From Zygnema circumcarinatum SAG 698-1b (taxonomy: Eukaryota; Plantae; Zygnematophyceae): a stretch of DNA of 64,000 nucleotides. A model generated the notes under the pieces. The model saw only the letters and a list, made by a program, of their open reading frames with translations. It did no database searches and was not told the DNA's origin. How positions within the stretch are numbered: the first letter of the stretch is position 1; every line of letters begins with the position of its first letter. Below are positions 11,100 through 23,885 of this stretch, piece after piece. The position numbers and the translations under genes were made by a program. The DNA lies in NCBI GenBank assembly GCA_037447605.1, contig CM074815.1, positions 2,046,001 to 2,110,000 on the forward strand. The letters are read 5' to 3'.

Positions 11100-11378
11100 A
11101 GTGCCGTGTTGTTGGGCCTAGGAGTAGACATCCGTTCCAAAGCTTTTTCTTTGACCTTTAGTCCATTGTGACCGCTCCCTTTGGTTCCCGATGTTGATTT
11201 CCTCATGTACGTTTGATGGCTTTGCCATCGTGAGTTCATAATATATCACCTTTCTCCATGTATTATACAGTGTATTAATACACAACGCAAACTTTCATTG
11301 AACTCGCGATGGCGAGGCCATCAAATTTACATGGATAAAGGCAAAATGTGGAACCACGAAGGACTGGTCACAAAGGAC
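11100..11378. repeat. Inverted pair of a dispersed 80-140 bp hairpin-terminated repeat (other copies at 25960-26100 and 50425-50500)
   Basis: 11160-11238 and 11299-11378 are reverse-complement homologues around a 60-bp AT-rich spacer. All four copies share TGAACTCRCGATGGCNNNGCCATCAAA. Confidence 0.85.
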
Positions 11379-11517
11379 CGAAACACAATAAAACGAAATA
11401 CACGCGAATTAATACACGCGTTTGATACATACGGAGCTATAGTGGCGACAAGCAGCCGTGCGAGAACCAATCGCGGGCCGCCGATGGCCCGGAGGCTGTA
11501 CGTCGGCGGCAACGTTT

Positions 11518-11941
11518 CACAGATCGGACCATTAGACAAACCAGTCGACTGGTTGGCAACCAGTGGTTGCGGACCGAAACAACCATTCGACTAGTTGCCA
11601 ACCAGTGGCTCAGGACCGAAACAACCATTCGACTGGTTGCCAACCAGTGGCTCAGGACCGAAACAACCATTCGACTGGTTGCCAACCAGTGGATCCACTG
11701 GTAGGCAACCATTCGACTGGTTGCCAACCAGTGGTTGCAGACCGAAACAACCATTCGACTGGTTGCCAACCAGTGGCATCCACTGGTTCCAAACCAGTCG
11801 ACTGGTTGCCAACCAGTGGTTGCGGATCGAAACAACCATTCGACTGGTTGCCAACCAGTGGCATCCACTGGTTCCAAACCAGTCGACTGGTTGCCAACTA
11901 GTGGTTGCGGACCGAAACAACCATTCGACTGGTTGCCAACC
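11518..11941. repeat. Palindrome-rich tandem array (about 42-bp units), member of the AACCATT/AATGGTT family
   Basis: Repeats of GGACCGAAACAACCATTCGACTGGTTGCCAACCAGTGG at 11571, 11613 and 11655, and the perfect palindrome AACCAGTCGACTGGTT several times. Starts with CACAGATCGGACCATT. Confidence 0.9.
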
Positions 11942-12441
11942 TCCATGGCGGAACATGTGAATCGGCATAAGTTGTGGACAGTTCAGAGTTAACGTGAACT
12001 GAACTGATTTCTGATGGAATGCGGCCCTCAGGAGCCCATTATTGGCAAGCGGCGAAAGCGCTGCAGGAGAGGGGAGCGGAGGGCCTCTCCCCGCTCTCGG
12101 GATGGGGGCGTGGGCGGCGAGCAGGCAGCCATGGTGGCGCTGTGAAGCTCGTTTCTGGGGCGTTGCTGCATTCAAACATCGCTTTCGAGGAGGTTCTGAA
12201 GGGAGGGATTCCTCTTGGTACAGCTCGTGGCTTCTAGGAAGCTGCAAGGTCCATTTGCTGGCAGCTGGTTGCAGTCATGATAACAGTCGTGCGAACATAA
12301 TCAACTAGATAATCAATTTTCTGTTCCTTAATTATTGAAAGTAGGATGAAAGAAGACTGGTTGTCATTATTTAGTTATTTTTAGTACTGAATTTTCCACA
12401 GAAACTAATAGATTGGAAGGGAGGAGTCTTGGCTACCAGGG

Positions 12442-15400
12442 ATGGCTGCATTGAGTGAGCAGGATGCAGAGAGTGGAGGTTCCAGCATCAGGTGGGTTCT
12501 ACTTTAAAGAGAGAGAGAAAGCGAGAGAGAGAGAGAGAGAGAGTGAACGCGAGAGATACAGGGGTTGGGAAACGGGGGAGACTGGGGGGAAGGGGGGGAG
12601 GGGGGAGAGGGGGCGAGGCGAGGGGGCGAGGGCGAGGGCGAGGGAGAGGGAGAGGGAGAGGGAGAGGGAGGGAGAGGGAGAGGGAGAGAGCCGAGGTAGA
12701 GGAGAGGAAACAGAGAAGGGAGCGGGGAGGGAGGGTGGGGAGGGGGGGAGGGGGAGGAGAGAGACGGGCCACTACATTGATCTACAGTGTGCAGCTGGTT
12801 CAACGTGGCTCATGTAAATGCGTTGATGCTTCAGTTTTAATTTTTTTTTCGTCCTTTCACGGACAGCATTGTCATCTCTCTGTCTGCTCTCTGATGCAAG
12901 TAATCACCTCATTACATCTTGTATGCAGAAAAGTAAAGGAGGTTTCTCCACAGAATGTGGATCCGGACGGTGAGACGGAGGGCGCATCTGTCTCAAGTGG
13001 CGTTTACAACCTTTCCACAACCATAGTCGGCGCCGGAATTATGGGGCTGCCGGCAAAAGTGGCGGTAAAGCGGCTTTGGGTGAAAATAAAAAAGCATAAT
13101 GAAGAAGTGAATGGAAAATTTTCAGCACATAATGACTTTTTTTTGTCTTTTGTTTTTTTTGAATTGCATTGCGGCCTCTGGTTTAAGTATAATGCAGAGG
13201 TTTTTTTTTTCATGTCGCCATACTCTCTATTTGTACATCATCGCTGGCTGGTGTTGACAAAAGAGTCTGAAACGGTTTGCTCTCTCTTTCCTTTCCTCCC
13301 TACTTGATCTGCACGTAGCCAGCCAATATATATAATAACATTAATATTATTATTATTATTTACTATGTAATATATATTCTCTATATATTTCATTTCCATG
13401 TTTGCTGTCCTTTAATGTGTGAATTTGCAGAGACATAAAGAAAAGAATTAAGAACTGAGTGTTGTGTTTGCTTTGCAGATCAGTGGCCTCTTCCTTGGCT
13501 TGATCCTTTTAGTGACCATAGGAGCTGTAGCAGAATACTCCATACAGCTTCTTATACGCTGCTCTTCTTTAGTCAAAGCGAAGTCATACTCTGACCTTAT
13601 GGAGGCAGCGTATGGTCAGAAAGGGAAGAATGCAACGCAGGGATTGATAATTATCAACAATTTGGGTATACTTGTCATCTACCTCATCATAATTGGTGCG
13701 TATGACTGTCAGAAAATATACCCCTTTAAAACCTGAGCATCTAATTGAAATCAAAGCAGTCCTTGTTCTCAGTAATGAAGGCAAAACTGACTTTAAAAAT
13801 GTTTTCAACAATAAGTTGTAATGTCTTTCTCATTGTCTCCATGCCTGCTCTCTTGTCTCTCTCTCTCTCTGCTCTCTCTAGAGATGCAGTCGACTTCGAC
13901 TTCTGCTTCACCTTCACAAGTCCCCTCTTGTTTAACGGTGCTGATTGAATGCATAACTTTGTGACTTCCATTGCGATGCATGTTGTTGCAAGAGCAGCCG
14001 ATGTATTGGCGGGATCAGCGGACTCTCTCGGCCTTCTTTCCGGCTATGGGGTTTCCTCAAGCTGGTGGAAATCTCGTTCAGCAGTTGTACTTTTGTGCTT
14101 GCTGGTATTGGCACCCCTCGTTTCTCTTGAACATGTGGGTAAGTGCAATGTGGTGAAGGCCATGTGGTGAAAGAAGCAAAATTTTGATCATTGTTGCTAC
14201 ATTTGCTGAGCAATTGGGGAAGTGTGGTCAATGAGTGAAGGGGCTGAGCTTAACTCTGTCTAAGAATGGACTTGATAATAAGAGAGCGATCGCATGTTAT
14301 GACTTCATTCAGAGGGCGAGTGAATCTTGGTATTCCAAATCTTTATGATAATGATCATTTCATTCTTCTGTATCAAGCAGCCTCTTGTGTTACAGTCCAA
14401 TGGCAGAGCTTGTGTTTGCTAAAGAGTAGATTTATCGATTGATGCCAAAATGTGGTTTGTTGAATGTTAATACACTGCTTTGGGAGGAATGTTCTTCTTC
14501 CAGACTCTCTTCACTGGTCATCTTTTTTCGCAATCCTGCTTGCCGGAGTTTTCCTTATTGTCACTATTGGGCTCACCTTCATGGAGATTCTCGCCGGAAA
14601 AATCGACTTATCGAACCTTCAGTGGCTGCCAACTTTTGGCTCTTTTGAAGCACTTTTTGCTTTATTTACAGTAATCCCCACTATCTCCACTGCGTATGTG
14701 TGCCACTTCAATGGTCAGTTTCTTTCGTTTTTAACAACCCTGGTCTTCCCTAAGTAGGCCAATATCGAGTGTTTTTTGCAGTGTTTGTTTCAATGTTCAG
14801 TTTTTTGTCTACCAAGTTTTGAACACTGCGAGTGCTTTTTCTGCAAGCTGCTTTCCTTTGGGTTACTTTGGAGCCTGAGTATGTTATTGGGGTGGAACAT
14901 AAGCCGTGAAAATCTTTGTCTATGTCCAGTTCATCCCATTTACTTGGAAATTGCGTCTCCGAGAGAAGCGAACATGCAGCGAGTGATCCACATCTCGCTT
15001 ATCCTCTGCACTGCCATCTACACTGTCACGGGCCTCTTTGGCTACCTCCTATTTGGGAACAATGTGCAGGCAGACTTGTTGGCCAATTTCAATGAACCCC
15101 TGGGATTTCGTGGTAGTCAGGTGACTATTTTTTGCACTTTTAAGCCATCCCGCCTCCCTCTTCGCTCCTCCCTCCTCCCTTCTCCCTCCTCCCTCCTCCC
15201 TCCTCCCTCCTCCCTCCTCCCTCCTCCCTCCTCCCTCCTCCTCCCTCCTCCCTCCTCCCTCCTCCTCCCTCCTCCCTCCTCCCTCCTCCCTCCTCCCTCC
15301 TCCCTCCTCCCTCCTCCTCCTCCTCCTCCCTCCTCCTCCTCCCTCCTCCCTCCTCCCTCCTCCTCCTCCCTCCTCCCTCCTCCCTCCTCCTCCTCCCTCC

Positions 15401-16714
15401 TCCTCCTCCCTCCTCCTCCTCCCTCCTCCCTCCTCCCTCCTCCCTCCTCCCTCCTCCCTCCTCCCTCCTCCTCCCTCCCTCCTCCCTCCTCCCTCCTCCC
15501 TCTCCCTCCTCCCTCCTCCCTCCTCCCTCCTCCCTCCTCCCTCCTCCTCCTCCCTCCTCCCCTCCTCTCCTCCTCCCTCCTCCCTCTTCCTTCCTCCTCG
15601 TCCCTCCACCTCCTCCCTCCTCCTCCCCTCCTTCCTCCCTCCCTCCTCCTCTCCTCCCTCCTCCCTCCTCCCTCCTCCCTCCTCCCTCCTCCCTCCTCCC
15701 TCCTCCCTCCTCCCTCCTCCCTCCTCCTTCCTCCCTCCTCCCTCCTCCTCCTCCTCCTCCTCCCTCCTCCTCCCTCCTCCCTCCTCCTCCTCCTCCTCCC
15801 TCCTCCCTCCGCCCTCCTCCCTCCTCCCTCCTCCCTCCTCCCTCCTCCCTCCTCCCTCCTCCCTCCTCCCTCCGCCTTGTCTTCCATGCTTAAAGTCAGT
15901 TCGGCATGGATTCCGCGAAAACATGTGAATTTGATCTTTGTCAATATCATTTAACTTTGTTAAAGGAGAACAGAAAGGAATGGTGAGAAGAGCACGCATC
16001 TTACTGACAAAAGCAGCTGCTCTCCCTCATTTGCAGGTTCTCTGTGATATTGTACGAGTAACTTTCGTAATCCACCTTATATTGGTTTTCCCCCTCATCC
16101 ATTATTCTCTCCGTGCGACAACTGCAAGCATACTTTTTCCTAAGGACCCGTCTTGGGCAAAAGATAAGCTCCGGTTTGGAGGTCTCACGACTGCCCTCAT
16201 GCTCACAGTGGGTCTTATCGCTCTGCTTGTGCCCAATATTGAAACTGCTTTCGATTTCACGGGCTCAGTTGCTTCCGTCTCCCTCGCATTCACATTGCCA
16301 GGGCTTATAGCTGTCAGGTGAGACTCTTCTCCTTCACTTTAGAACTTAGAATTGCATCGCTCTTGCGATGATTCTTGGTATTGCTCTGTTTCACATCCCC
16401 AGACATGTTTTAGGGTTACCCCATATTGCAAGAGGGGGGCTCCGTTCTCGCCCTTGTGAGCTTCCTTGGCATACTCGTATCAAATGCCATTAGTACAGTT
16501 TGAAAAGAATCCGTTTTTTGGAGTTTTTGATAAACAAAAACTCTTAACGCAAGTTAGCTTTTGCTTGTTTGTGCACTTCAGCTCCGTGACAGGTGTAGAC
16601 AATAAAGCAGAGCGCAAGGTCGCTTGGCTGATGGTCTTTTTTGGCCTCGCGAGCAGTGCGTTGGGCCTTGCTAGTAATATTTTTGACGTTGTCGGCATTC
16701 AAACCAACGGTTGA
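12442..16714 (+). CDS. AVT6: Amino-acid transporter, AVT6/SLC38-like (Aa_trans family), 8 exons
   Basis: Exons 12442-12491, 12929-13064, 13479-13695, 13998-14138, 14504-14713, 14930-15120, 16037-16317 and 16582-16714 splice in phase at GT-AG sites. Motifs [33 protein letters not shown] and AFDFTGS. Confidence 0.92.
15148..15875. repeat. Homopyrimidine (CCTCCCT)n/(CCT)n intronic microsatellite of about 730 bp
   Basis: Almost exclusively C and T; the same heptamer recurs as (GGAGGGA)n at 21540-21670. Confidence 0.95.
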
Positions 16715-16915
16715 TGGTTTCCGAGTCGCTTTCACTCGTGAAGTAGAGGTCTGCAGCTTATGGAGATCTGCGGGCGTAGTGAAAATGTCGACCCTTGGAA
16801 TGGAAGCTGTGAATAGAACTTAAGGCAGTGATCTTCCACTTGTTTGGCAGCGAAGGTAATTGGAGGAATTACGATGTTTTTTGGAAGCCCTAGAAGAGTA
16901 TACAGCGATTTTGTG

Positions 16916-16946
<31 letters not shown>

Positions 16947-17732
16947 CCCCTCTCTCTCTCTCACTCTCTCCATTGAAAGCTCAAACGTTAGCCCTCACAT
17001 CATTGGTAGAGAATGTGCAGAGTGACCTTCTATATTGCAGCAGCTACTTGTCAGTTAGGGTTCAGTTGCACTGCTGGGATAGCTTCACATGCTGATTAGG
17101 GTTTTCCCCCTCCTCCATGAAAGGATGGGCGGCTCGAGGGACACACCCACAATTTGGGTTAGGCCAGGACTTGGGTTCGTTGGAACATTGTAGGATTTTA
17201 AGATAAGAAAAAAAAAATAAGATGTGGTTTTGCATTGGCATCGACTATGGTCTCAGATGGTGTTTTTTATATAGAATTTGAGGTTTTTTTTTTTAAGAAC
17301 AAGTAATTGTTTTCTTCCAGTTCAATTGAATATCCTCTTGTGACCGATTGAAGATTTGAACGATTAGACCTTCTATCTGACTGATTTAATTGTCTGAATC
17401 CCAAGCGCGCGAGACCTCGAGAACCACGAGGAACCAACCGCTCATAACGGACCTAAGGACGAAAGGAAAAAAAAAAAAAAAAATCTATGAGCGGAAATCT
17501 GCTTCCAGGTTTGACTTATCCGGCTACTAAAGAATTTAAATCATTGGTAAAAAAAAAAAAAAATAAATAAAAAAAAAAAAATAAAAAAAGATGAAGCTCG
17601 TTCGTAATTCAGCACGGTGGGTAAAAAAAAGAATCGGATGGAGAAGCCCAGTTTTTGGGCTCGTGGGGTTCTGTGTTTTTAGCAGTGCTCGTTACTGGTG
17701 GCGGATCCGGCCCAACTTCTCTGCAGACATAG

Positions 17733-18060
17733 GCACAGGTCGGACCATTGGACCAACCATTGCAATGGTTGCAAACCATTGATTGGTTCCCGACCCTGCC
17801 AACCATTGCCAATGGTAGAGCCATTGGTTAAGAAGTTTTGCCATGTAAATCCTTTTTTTTATAGCAAAAAAAATTCGTCACTCTGCTATGGACTGGTTAT
17901 TGAACGTCTTTTCAGACATGAGTTTGAATCCGGCTGTCAGCGGTTAAAATGTTGCGCTTTCTATGCGATGGTTGGCAACAACCATTGGCGTGAAACCAAA
18001 ACAACCATTGCTAATGGTCGCAACCATTGGATCGTCCAACCATTGCTATCCAATGCTTAC
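17733..18060. repeat. AACCATTG/CAATGGTT family element between the convergent AVT6 and MFS genes
   Basis: Starts GCACAGGTCGGACCATTGG and contains AACCATTGCAATGGTT and AAAACAACCATTG; followed by a CATG-rich tract to about 18400. Confidence 0.75.
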
Positions 18061-19081
18061 CGATCCCATGGTCCTACCATATGTATGACATATGGTCATA
18101 TGTGTCATATGTCCATCACCATATGTGCCATATGTATGACTGTTTGATGTCGACTTCCATGCGCATTACTGTTAAGCAGATGACTGCTCTACTGCCATGT
18201 GGCGCCAGTTCCAAACCATGAGTTGGCATGTTGTAGCATCATGCATCACACATTCGGATGTGAAAAAGTGGCACAGTTTGGCCACCCATGCGGATGGTGC
18301 CATGCATCATGAAGATGATGATGATGATGATACATGGCGCCCCATGTCCATAGCACGCATGCCATGCGCACATCCCACAAGGCAGCGCTTCCTTGAAGGG
18401 ATCAGAGAACCTCCTCTCGTTTGAAGGCACAGACCGTGCCCGCATGAGTCCATTCAACACACAAATCACACCTAGGCCCTCAAGTCACATGCACAGAAAC
18501 CCGTGACCGCTCAGTTGCAGTTTACCAGTCAGCCAATGTGGCACAACCTTTCACATGTTAAAATGGTGCAAATAAAAATCCTCCTGAGAAACCCAAGGCC
18601 ATTCCCGCCCGTGTTCCGTCTCACCGTTACCCGTTTTGTTACCCGTTTCGTTTATCCGTTCCGTCCCGTTCCGTTCTACTAGCACACAGCGACTCCGTGA
18701 TCTCTACGACGCCATTTCACAGCAGCGGACTTGGCGGGCCCTGAACCCTAACCCTAAGCCCCAAAGCCGTGAGCCCTGACCTTTGGCCTGGCCCTGAACC
18801 CTGACGCCTTTCTCCTCCATCCAGCGGTTATTGTTACATGAATGGCTCCGCCCCCTCCCTCCCCTCCTGCACCGCCCTCTGTACAACGCCCTCCCTCTCT
18901 CTCCCCCTCCCTCCCTCCCTCCCGCCTCGCTCGGCTGCCCTAAACGAAGAAGACGCATGCTCCTCCTGCCTCGCTTATCGTACCTACTCTCTCTCTCTCA
19001 CTCTCTCTCTCTCTTTCTCTCTCGCACTGCACTACCCCTACCGCTACCCCTACCACTACCCCTACCACTACCGAAAGCCCT

Positions 19082-22000
19082 TTACAAGATCGCTCCGTGC
19101 TCTGTGTACGCCTTCCTCTCCAGCTCCATGGGCGGGCGGGCCATCTCGCGGTAGAACGCCGCCGTCCTCCGCGCGAGCCACACGTTGACTGCGGCCCCCA
19201 GCGCCGCCACGCCCGCCATCACTATGAAGGCGAGGCGGAAGCAGTGCGCGCCGAAGCAGCGCTCCACGTCCGTCCCCGGCTGGATCCAAGCCTCGTTGTC
19301 ATATGCAGTTCCAGCCAAGAGAGTGGCGAACAAGTAGGAGCCGAGGGCGGGGGCCGAAGTGACCACATTGTATATGAGGCCAAAGCTTCTCAAGCCGAAC
19401 ATTTCGGAGGTGGCAGCGGCAATAAGGGAGTCGGTGGCTCCCAGTCCTCCGCCGATTATGAGAAGGGCCACATAGAGAGAGCCTGGGAATGGGAACGCTA
19501 CGAGGAGGTAGCCTCCCACCATCCACGCGTGGCAGGCAGCCAATAGGACAAATCTGGGTTGGCCGGATTTTCTGCAAACAGCAGGACTGTGAGAATCATG
19601 TCGTGTATGGAACAGGCAACGTTTAATTGGATAAAGTATGAGTCGCTTTAGATTCTAGCTCGCTGTGAACGATGAGAGATGAAGGGGAATGAGAATGGAG
19701 CGAAGGGGGCTGAGAAGATCGTCGAGGGGAGAGGAGAGAGAAGTGTATTGTTGAGAAGAGACTAAGAGACGGGGAGCTGGAACGAAGTGGAGTGAGAAAG
19801 AGAGGGTCCACTCATCAATTGACAGCTGGAGGACTTTACTTACTTGAGGACATAATCGGAGTAGAAGCCCCCAAGCACTCGCCCCATGAAGTTCCAAATG
19901 CTGATCAGTGAGACAAGGATGTCTGAGTTGGTGTACTTCAACGCCTCCGCAATGGCTTCCAGATTGTTAATGACGGTGGCTGTGGAGCCCACTCCAAACA
20001 GCATGCTGAGAAAGAGAAGCCAAAAATTGAGAGTATTAAGAGCCTCAAGAGTGGTGTACCCCTCCAACACTTCCGAAGCCTTTACAGTAGGGTTGGAGGG
20101 CTCCATATAGGTTGCCACTACAGTGCTCTCCTTCAGCTGCAGCGAGAGGGGGGTTATGCGGTCTGCGCTTGTAACGTGCAGAGTCTCCTCCAGCATCCCA
20201 TTCACATGAGCAGAGTAAACAACTCCCACTACCTGTCCTTGCGCTTTCCCATGTTCTTCCTCCTCCGACACAGCAACATGGGAACCCTCCATGAGACCCA
20301 TCACTCCTACCCCGTTCATCACTCCTATGGACGTCTTCGGGACGTTCAACATCAGGCTTTCCTTCTTCTTTGTTACAGTCTCAGTAGTAGAAGAGGCCTT
20401 AGTCTCTCCTTTCACTTCGGATAGTTGAGCGCCAAAGCCCTCCTCTATGCTGACATTTAGCTTCCTAATTCTCCCCCTCAGAAAGGACCTTAACGCCCTG
20501 GTCCAACTGTACTCAGATGACGGGTATTTCTGAGGATTCTCTCCCCCTCCGCCCATATCCTTATCGCCTGCACTTGGCCCATTTTCTATGTTTCTCGGCT
20601 TCTTGTTTTTCCAATGCGGGATCACGTAGAGCTTGAACGGAATCGCAAGAGGAGAGAAGAGTATGATGAGCATTCCAGCAACAATCAATTGGGAAAGTAC
20701 TCTCTGTAAAGGAAACATTGCTTCCACTACGATTGCAGCACTGAGGTAGAGAGCAAGACCGAAGCAGGCTGCAAAGCAGAAATTGACATATCCTGTCTCT
20801 TCCTCTGCGTCCTCGCAGTCATCTTCCCCCTCTGAACAAACAGAAAGTAAACACAGTCCAAACTCAGGAGTGTTACGCCTTTGAACCCGTGCATACATAT
20901 TTCTTTCCTCCGTCCTTTCTTCTATCAGAGTTGTGAGAGGGCGTAGCTGCAGGCTTCCCCATGTTTAAGTCATTCTGAAAACAAGCGACTCTCAGTGCAC
21001 GTAATCACACGGGAAAACAACGCATACAGCATTGTATCGAATAGTCAACCGTAAACATAAGTTAGCAAAGGCCTGAACACAACTTAGCGGCAAGTTACTA
21101 AATATAGAGCTACTCACTAGAAGCATCCATCAGTGCATTCCCACAAAGTAATAGAACATTCAATAGATTATTCGTGCCAAGGAACACTCTTTCAACACTA
21201 AAGCTAATGCCCATTACCAACATATATTAACTGCAACGCTTGCAAGCTACACATCGAACGCATGACCCACCTGCCGGTATGGATCGCAGCATTGGCGTTG
21301 CAATGAGAACAGTGAGAGCCGGGCCCACGGCAGCCATAAAAAGAAACGATGCTTCTGTTGGGGAGAAGGTGGCTTCATAGAGCTCCTCGTAGATAGCTCC
21401 CGAGAGACCGATGAGGCCCATGAGTAGGCCCACAATGGAGCCGCGCGCGCGGGGGAGGTTGTGCACGCAAACCACGAGGGCGGCCGTGTCCAGGAGAGTC
21501 GCGCCAGTGGGGGCCAGCCATTGGTAGAACAGGATCTGAGGGAGAGGGAGGAGGGAGGAGGGAGGAGGGAGGAGGGAGGACGGAGGAGGGAGGAGGGAGG
21601 AGGGAGGAGGGAGGAGGGAGGAGGGAGGAGGGAGGAGGGAGGAGGGAGGAGGGAAGAGGAGGGAGGAGTGAGGAAGGGAAAGAGCAAAAGGGGGGGTGCG
21701 AGAGAGAGAGAGAGAGGCGAGGGAAGACAAAAGAGAGAGGTTTGCTTACATTATGAGTTCAGTGAAAGTTAAGTGGAACAGAGAAGACTCTCTGAGCTGA
21801 AGTGCTAAAAACGAAAAAGAGATGGACAAGGGCGTTTCCTCTATAAATTGCTAAAAAAAAGAGCAGAAAGCCGCACCTGCCACAATGGAAGAGGCGAGAT
21901 TCGCTGGGATGCTACCAGCCACAGAGCTCCATAACCTATCACATTCTGTGGAGCATTTTAAAAGCAGAGCATAGTCCTCTGTTAGCTTGTGATGCCACTT

Positions 22001-23058
22001 TATGCGTCTTAATTTACCCTGCATTCAGAAACACAGAAACATTGCAAGAGCTGGCCGCGTTGACAGAACATCGAAACCTATACGTCTCCTTCCTCGTTTC
22101 CCTCACTTCCTTTCCTCAGCTTTCCTCCACTCCTCTGTGGTTGTCCTTTCTTTTGGACCCTCCCTAACTCTCTCCTTTTCCCACTCCAACCCAGTTACCT
22201 CGTCTCTCCTCTCCTCCTTTTTTTTGTCATTTCCTCGTCTCTCTCCTCCCCGTCACCCCTCCCCTCTTCCCTCCCCTCTCCCAATCCTCCCCACTCCCAC
22301 TCTCCCCACTGTCCCCTTATCTCCCCCACTCCCCCTCTCTCTCCCGCCACTCTCCCGACACTCTCCGCTCTCTCCCCCACTTTCCCCCCCCCATCCCTTC
22401 GCTCTCGCTGACACTCCCCACTCTTCCTGGCTCTCTCCCAGTCTTCCCTCTCTCCCCCTCCCCTCTCACCTCCACTCTCTCCCTCGCTCTCCCCTCCCTT
22501 CCCCCCCCCTCTCCCCTCACCCGTGCCCCCCTACCATCGTGGCGCCGGAGAGTAGCAGAGCCCATTCGGGAACGATGAGAGAGAGGAAGCCCGCGGGGAG
22601 GCCGAGGTTGTTTCCAATATTGGAGGCAGTTGCAATTAGGTCAACCTCCGCCTGACTGCAACTCAGCGCTGCCTGCAGGAGGAAAGCGGCTTCAGGGTTT
22701 CCACTGTTAATGCATCGTTTTGAAACACATTTGATGAAAAGAACAAAGTGAGGTGAACCTGATGGCTCCAAGGAATTCAGTTCGAATGAAGCACCTTCGT
22801 CATCAACTATCCCTCTGAAAGAAAGCTACGGAGGGAGGGAAGGACCGTATATTAAGAGATTTAACAGAAAAACTAAACAATTGGTAAAGTCAGCACCTTC
22901 AGAGAGGTCGAATAAAGAGGAAAATTGAAGCTGATTCCTGCCGCTGACATGATCCAAAGCCCTCCCACCAGCGCCGTCCACTTATTGTAGTACCAAGTAA
23001 GGTGCGGGCCCCCCTCCCCTCCTCCATGGCTGCTCCTCGACAGCGAGTGCACAACCAT
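19082..23058 (-). CDS. Nodulin-like major facilitator superfamily transporter (NFD4-like), 6 exons
   Basis: Exons 23058-22897, 22672-22535, 21945-21877, 21535-21271, 20831-19844 and 19571-19082. Motifs WIMSAAGISFNFPLYSTSLK, NIGNNLGLPAG, RGSIVGLL-GLIGLSGAI, ISIWNFMGRVLGG, ELFGL-type EMFGLRSFG, and CFGAHCF. Confidence 0.9.
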
Positions 23059-23079
23059 CTCCTTCTCCTCTCCAACACT

Positions 23080-23157
<78 letters not shown>

Positions 23158-23885
23158 TCCCCTCTCTCTGTCTCGTTTTCAGCTCCTTTGAAGGGCCTGG
23201 CAAGTTCCCTTCGCTGTTTTGAACCGCTTTCAGTTCCTTTGAACTGCCCTCAGCTCCTTCGAGCTGCTTTCAACCGCTTTTTGCTCCTGTCCGTCACTCT
23301 CCGCTCCCCTTAGCTCCTTTCAAGACCTTCCACTCCTCCCCGCTGCTTTTTTTGAACCCGTCCAGATTCCTACCAGCAGCAGCTTCCAGCTTCCCGGAAC
23401 CCCAATATCTCTCCTGCGTCCACCACCCACTTACAATGTCAAGTCCTTCGCAGCTCTCATCCCTGTCCTTCTCCTCCCTTGCACTATACTATACCTCCCT
23501 CGTGCCCTCTCTTCTTCTTCTTCTCTCTCTCTCCCCCTCCCCTCTCTTTCTCCTTCCTCTGTCCCACTCTCTCCTTCCTCCTCTCCCTCTCCCTCTCTCT
23601 CCCTCTCTCTCCCTCTCTCTCCCTCACCCATTTTCCTGCCGCCCCGCGCTAGACAGCGCTCCCCCCGCCCCCCCCCCGCGCCCACACACGTGGCGCGCCC
23701 CCCGACCGCGGCCGCCTCCCCCGCCCACGCGTGGCAGCGCCCCGGCGGCCGCGCGGCGCCGCTCCGCCAATGGGAGCGAGCGGCGGCCCCCGCGGTGCCG
23801 TACGAACACGCTACAGCCCGGGTAGCGGGCGGCCGCTACAGCTACAGATACTGCACATCTCCGTAAATATGTACAGTATGTACAG

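Noticed and set aside
11518-11941. CRISPR-like appearance of palindromic repeats
   Set aside because: Eukaryotic context, no cas genes, and the intervening sequences are themselves repeated.
11437-12247. Repeat-protein ORFs (WLATSR/QPFDW) on both strands
   Set aside because: By-products of the palindromic array; no splice or domain support. The same holds for 33613-35019, 41852-42379 and 53856-54611.
17460-17590. Poly(A) tracts as a retroposon tail
   Set aside because: No TSD, RT remnant or Pol III boxes identified upstream.
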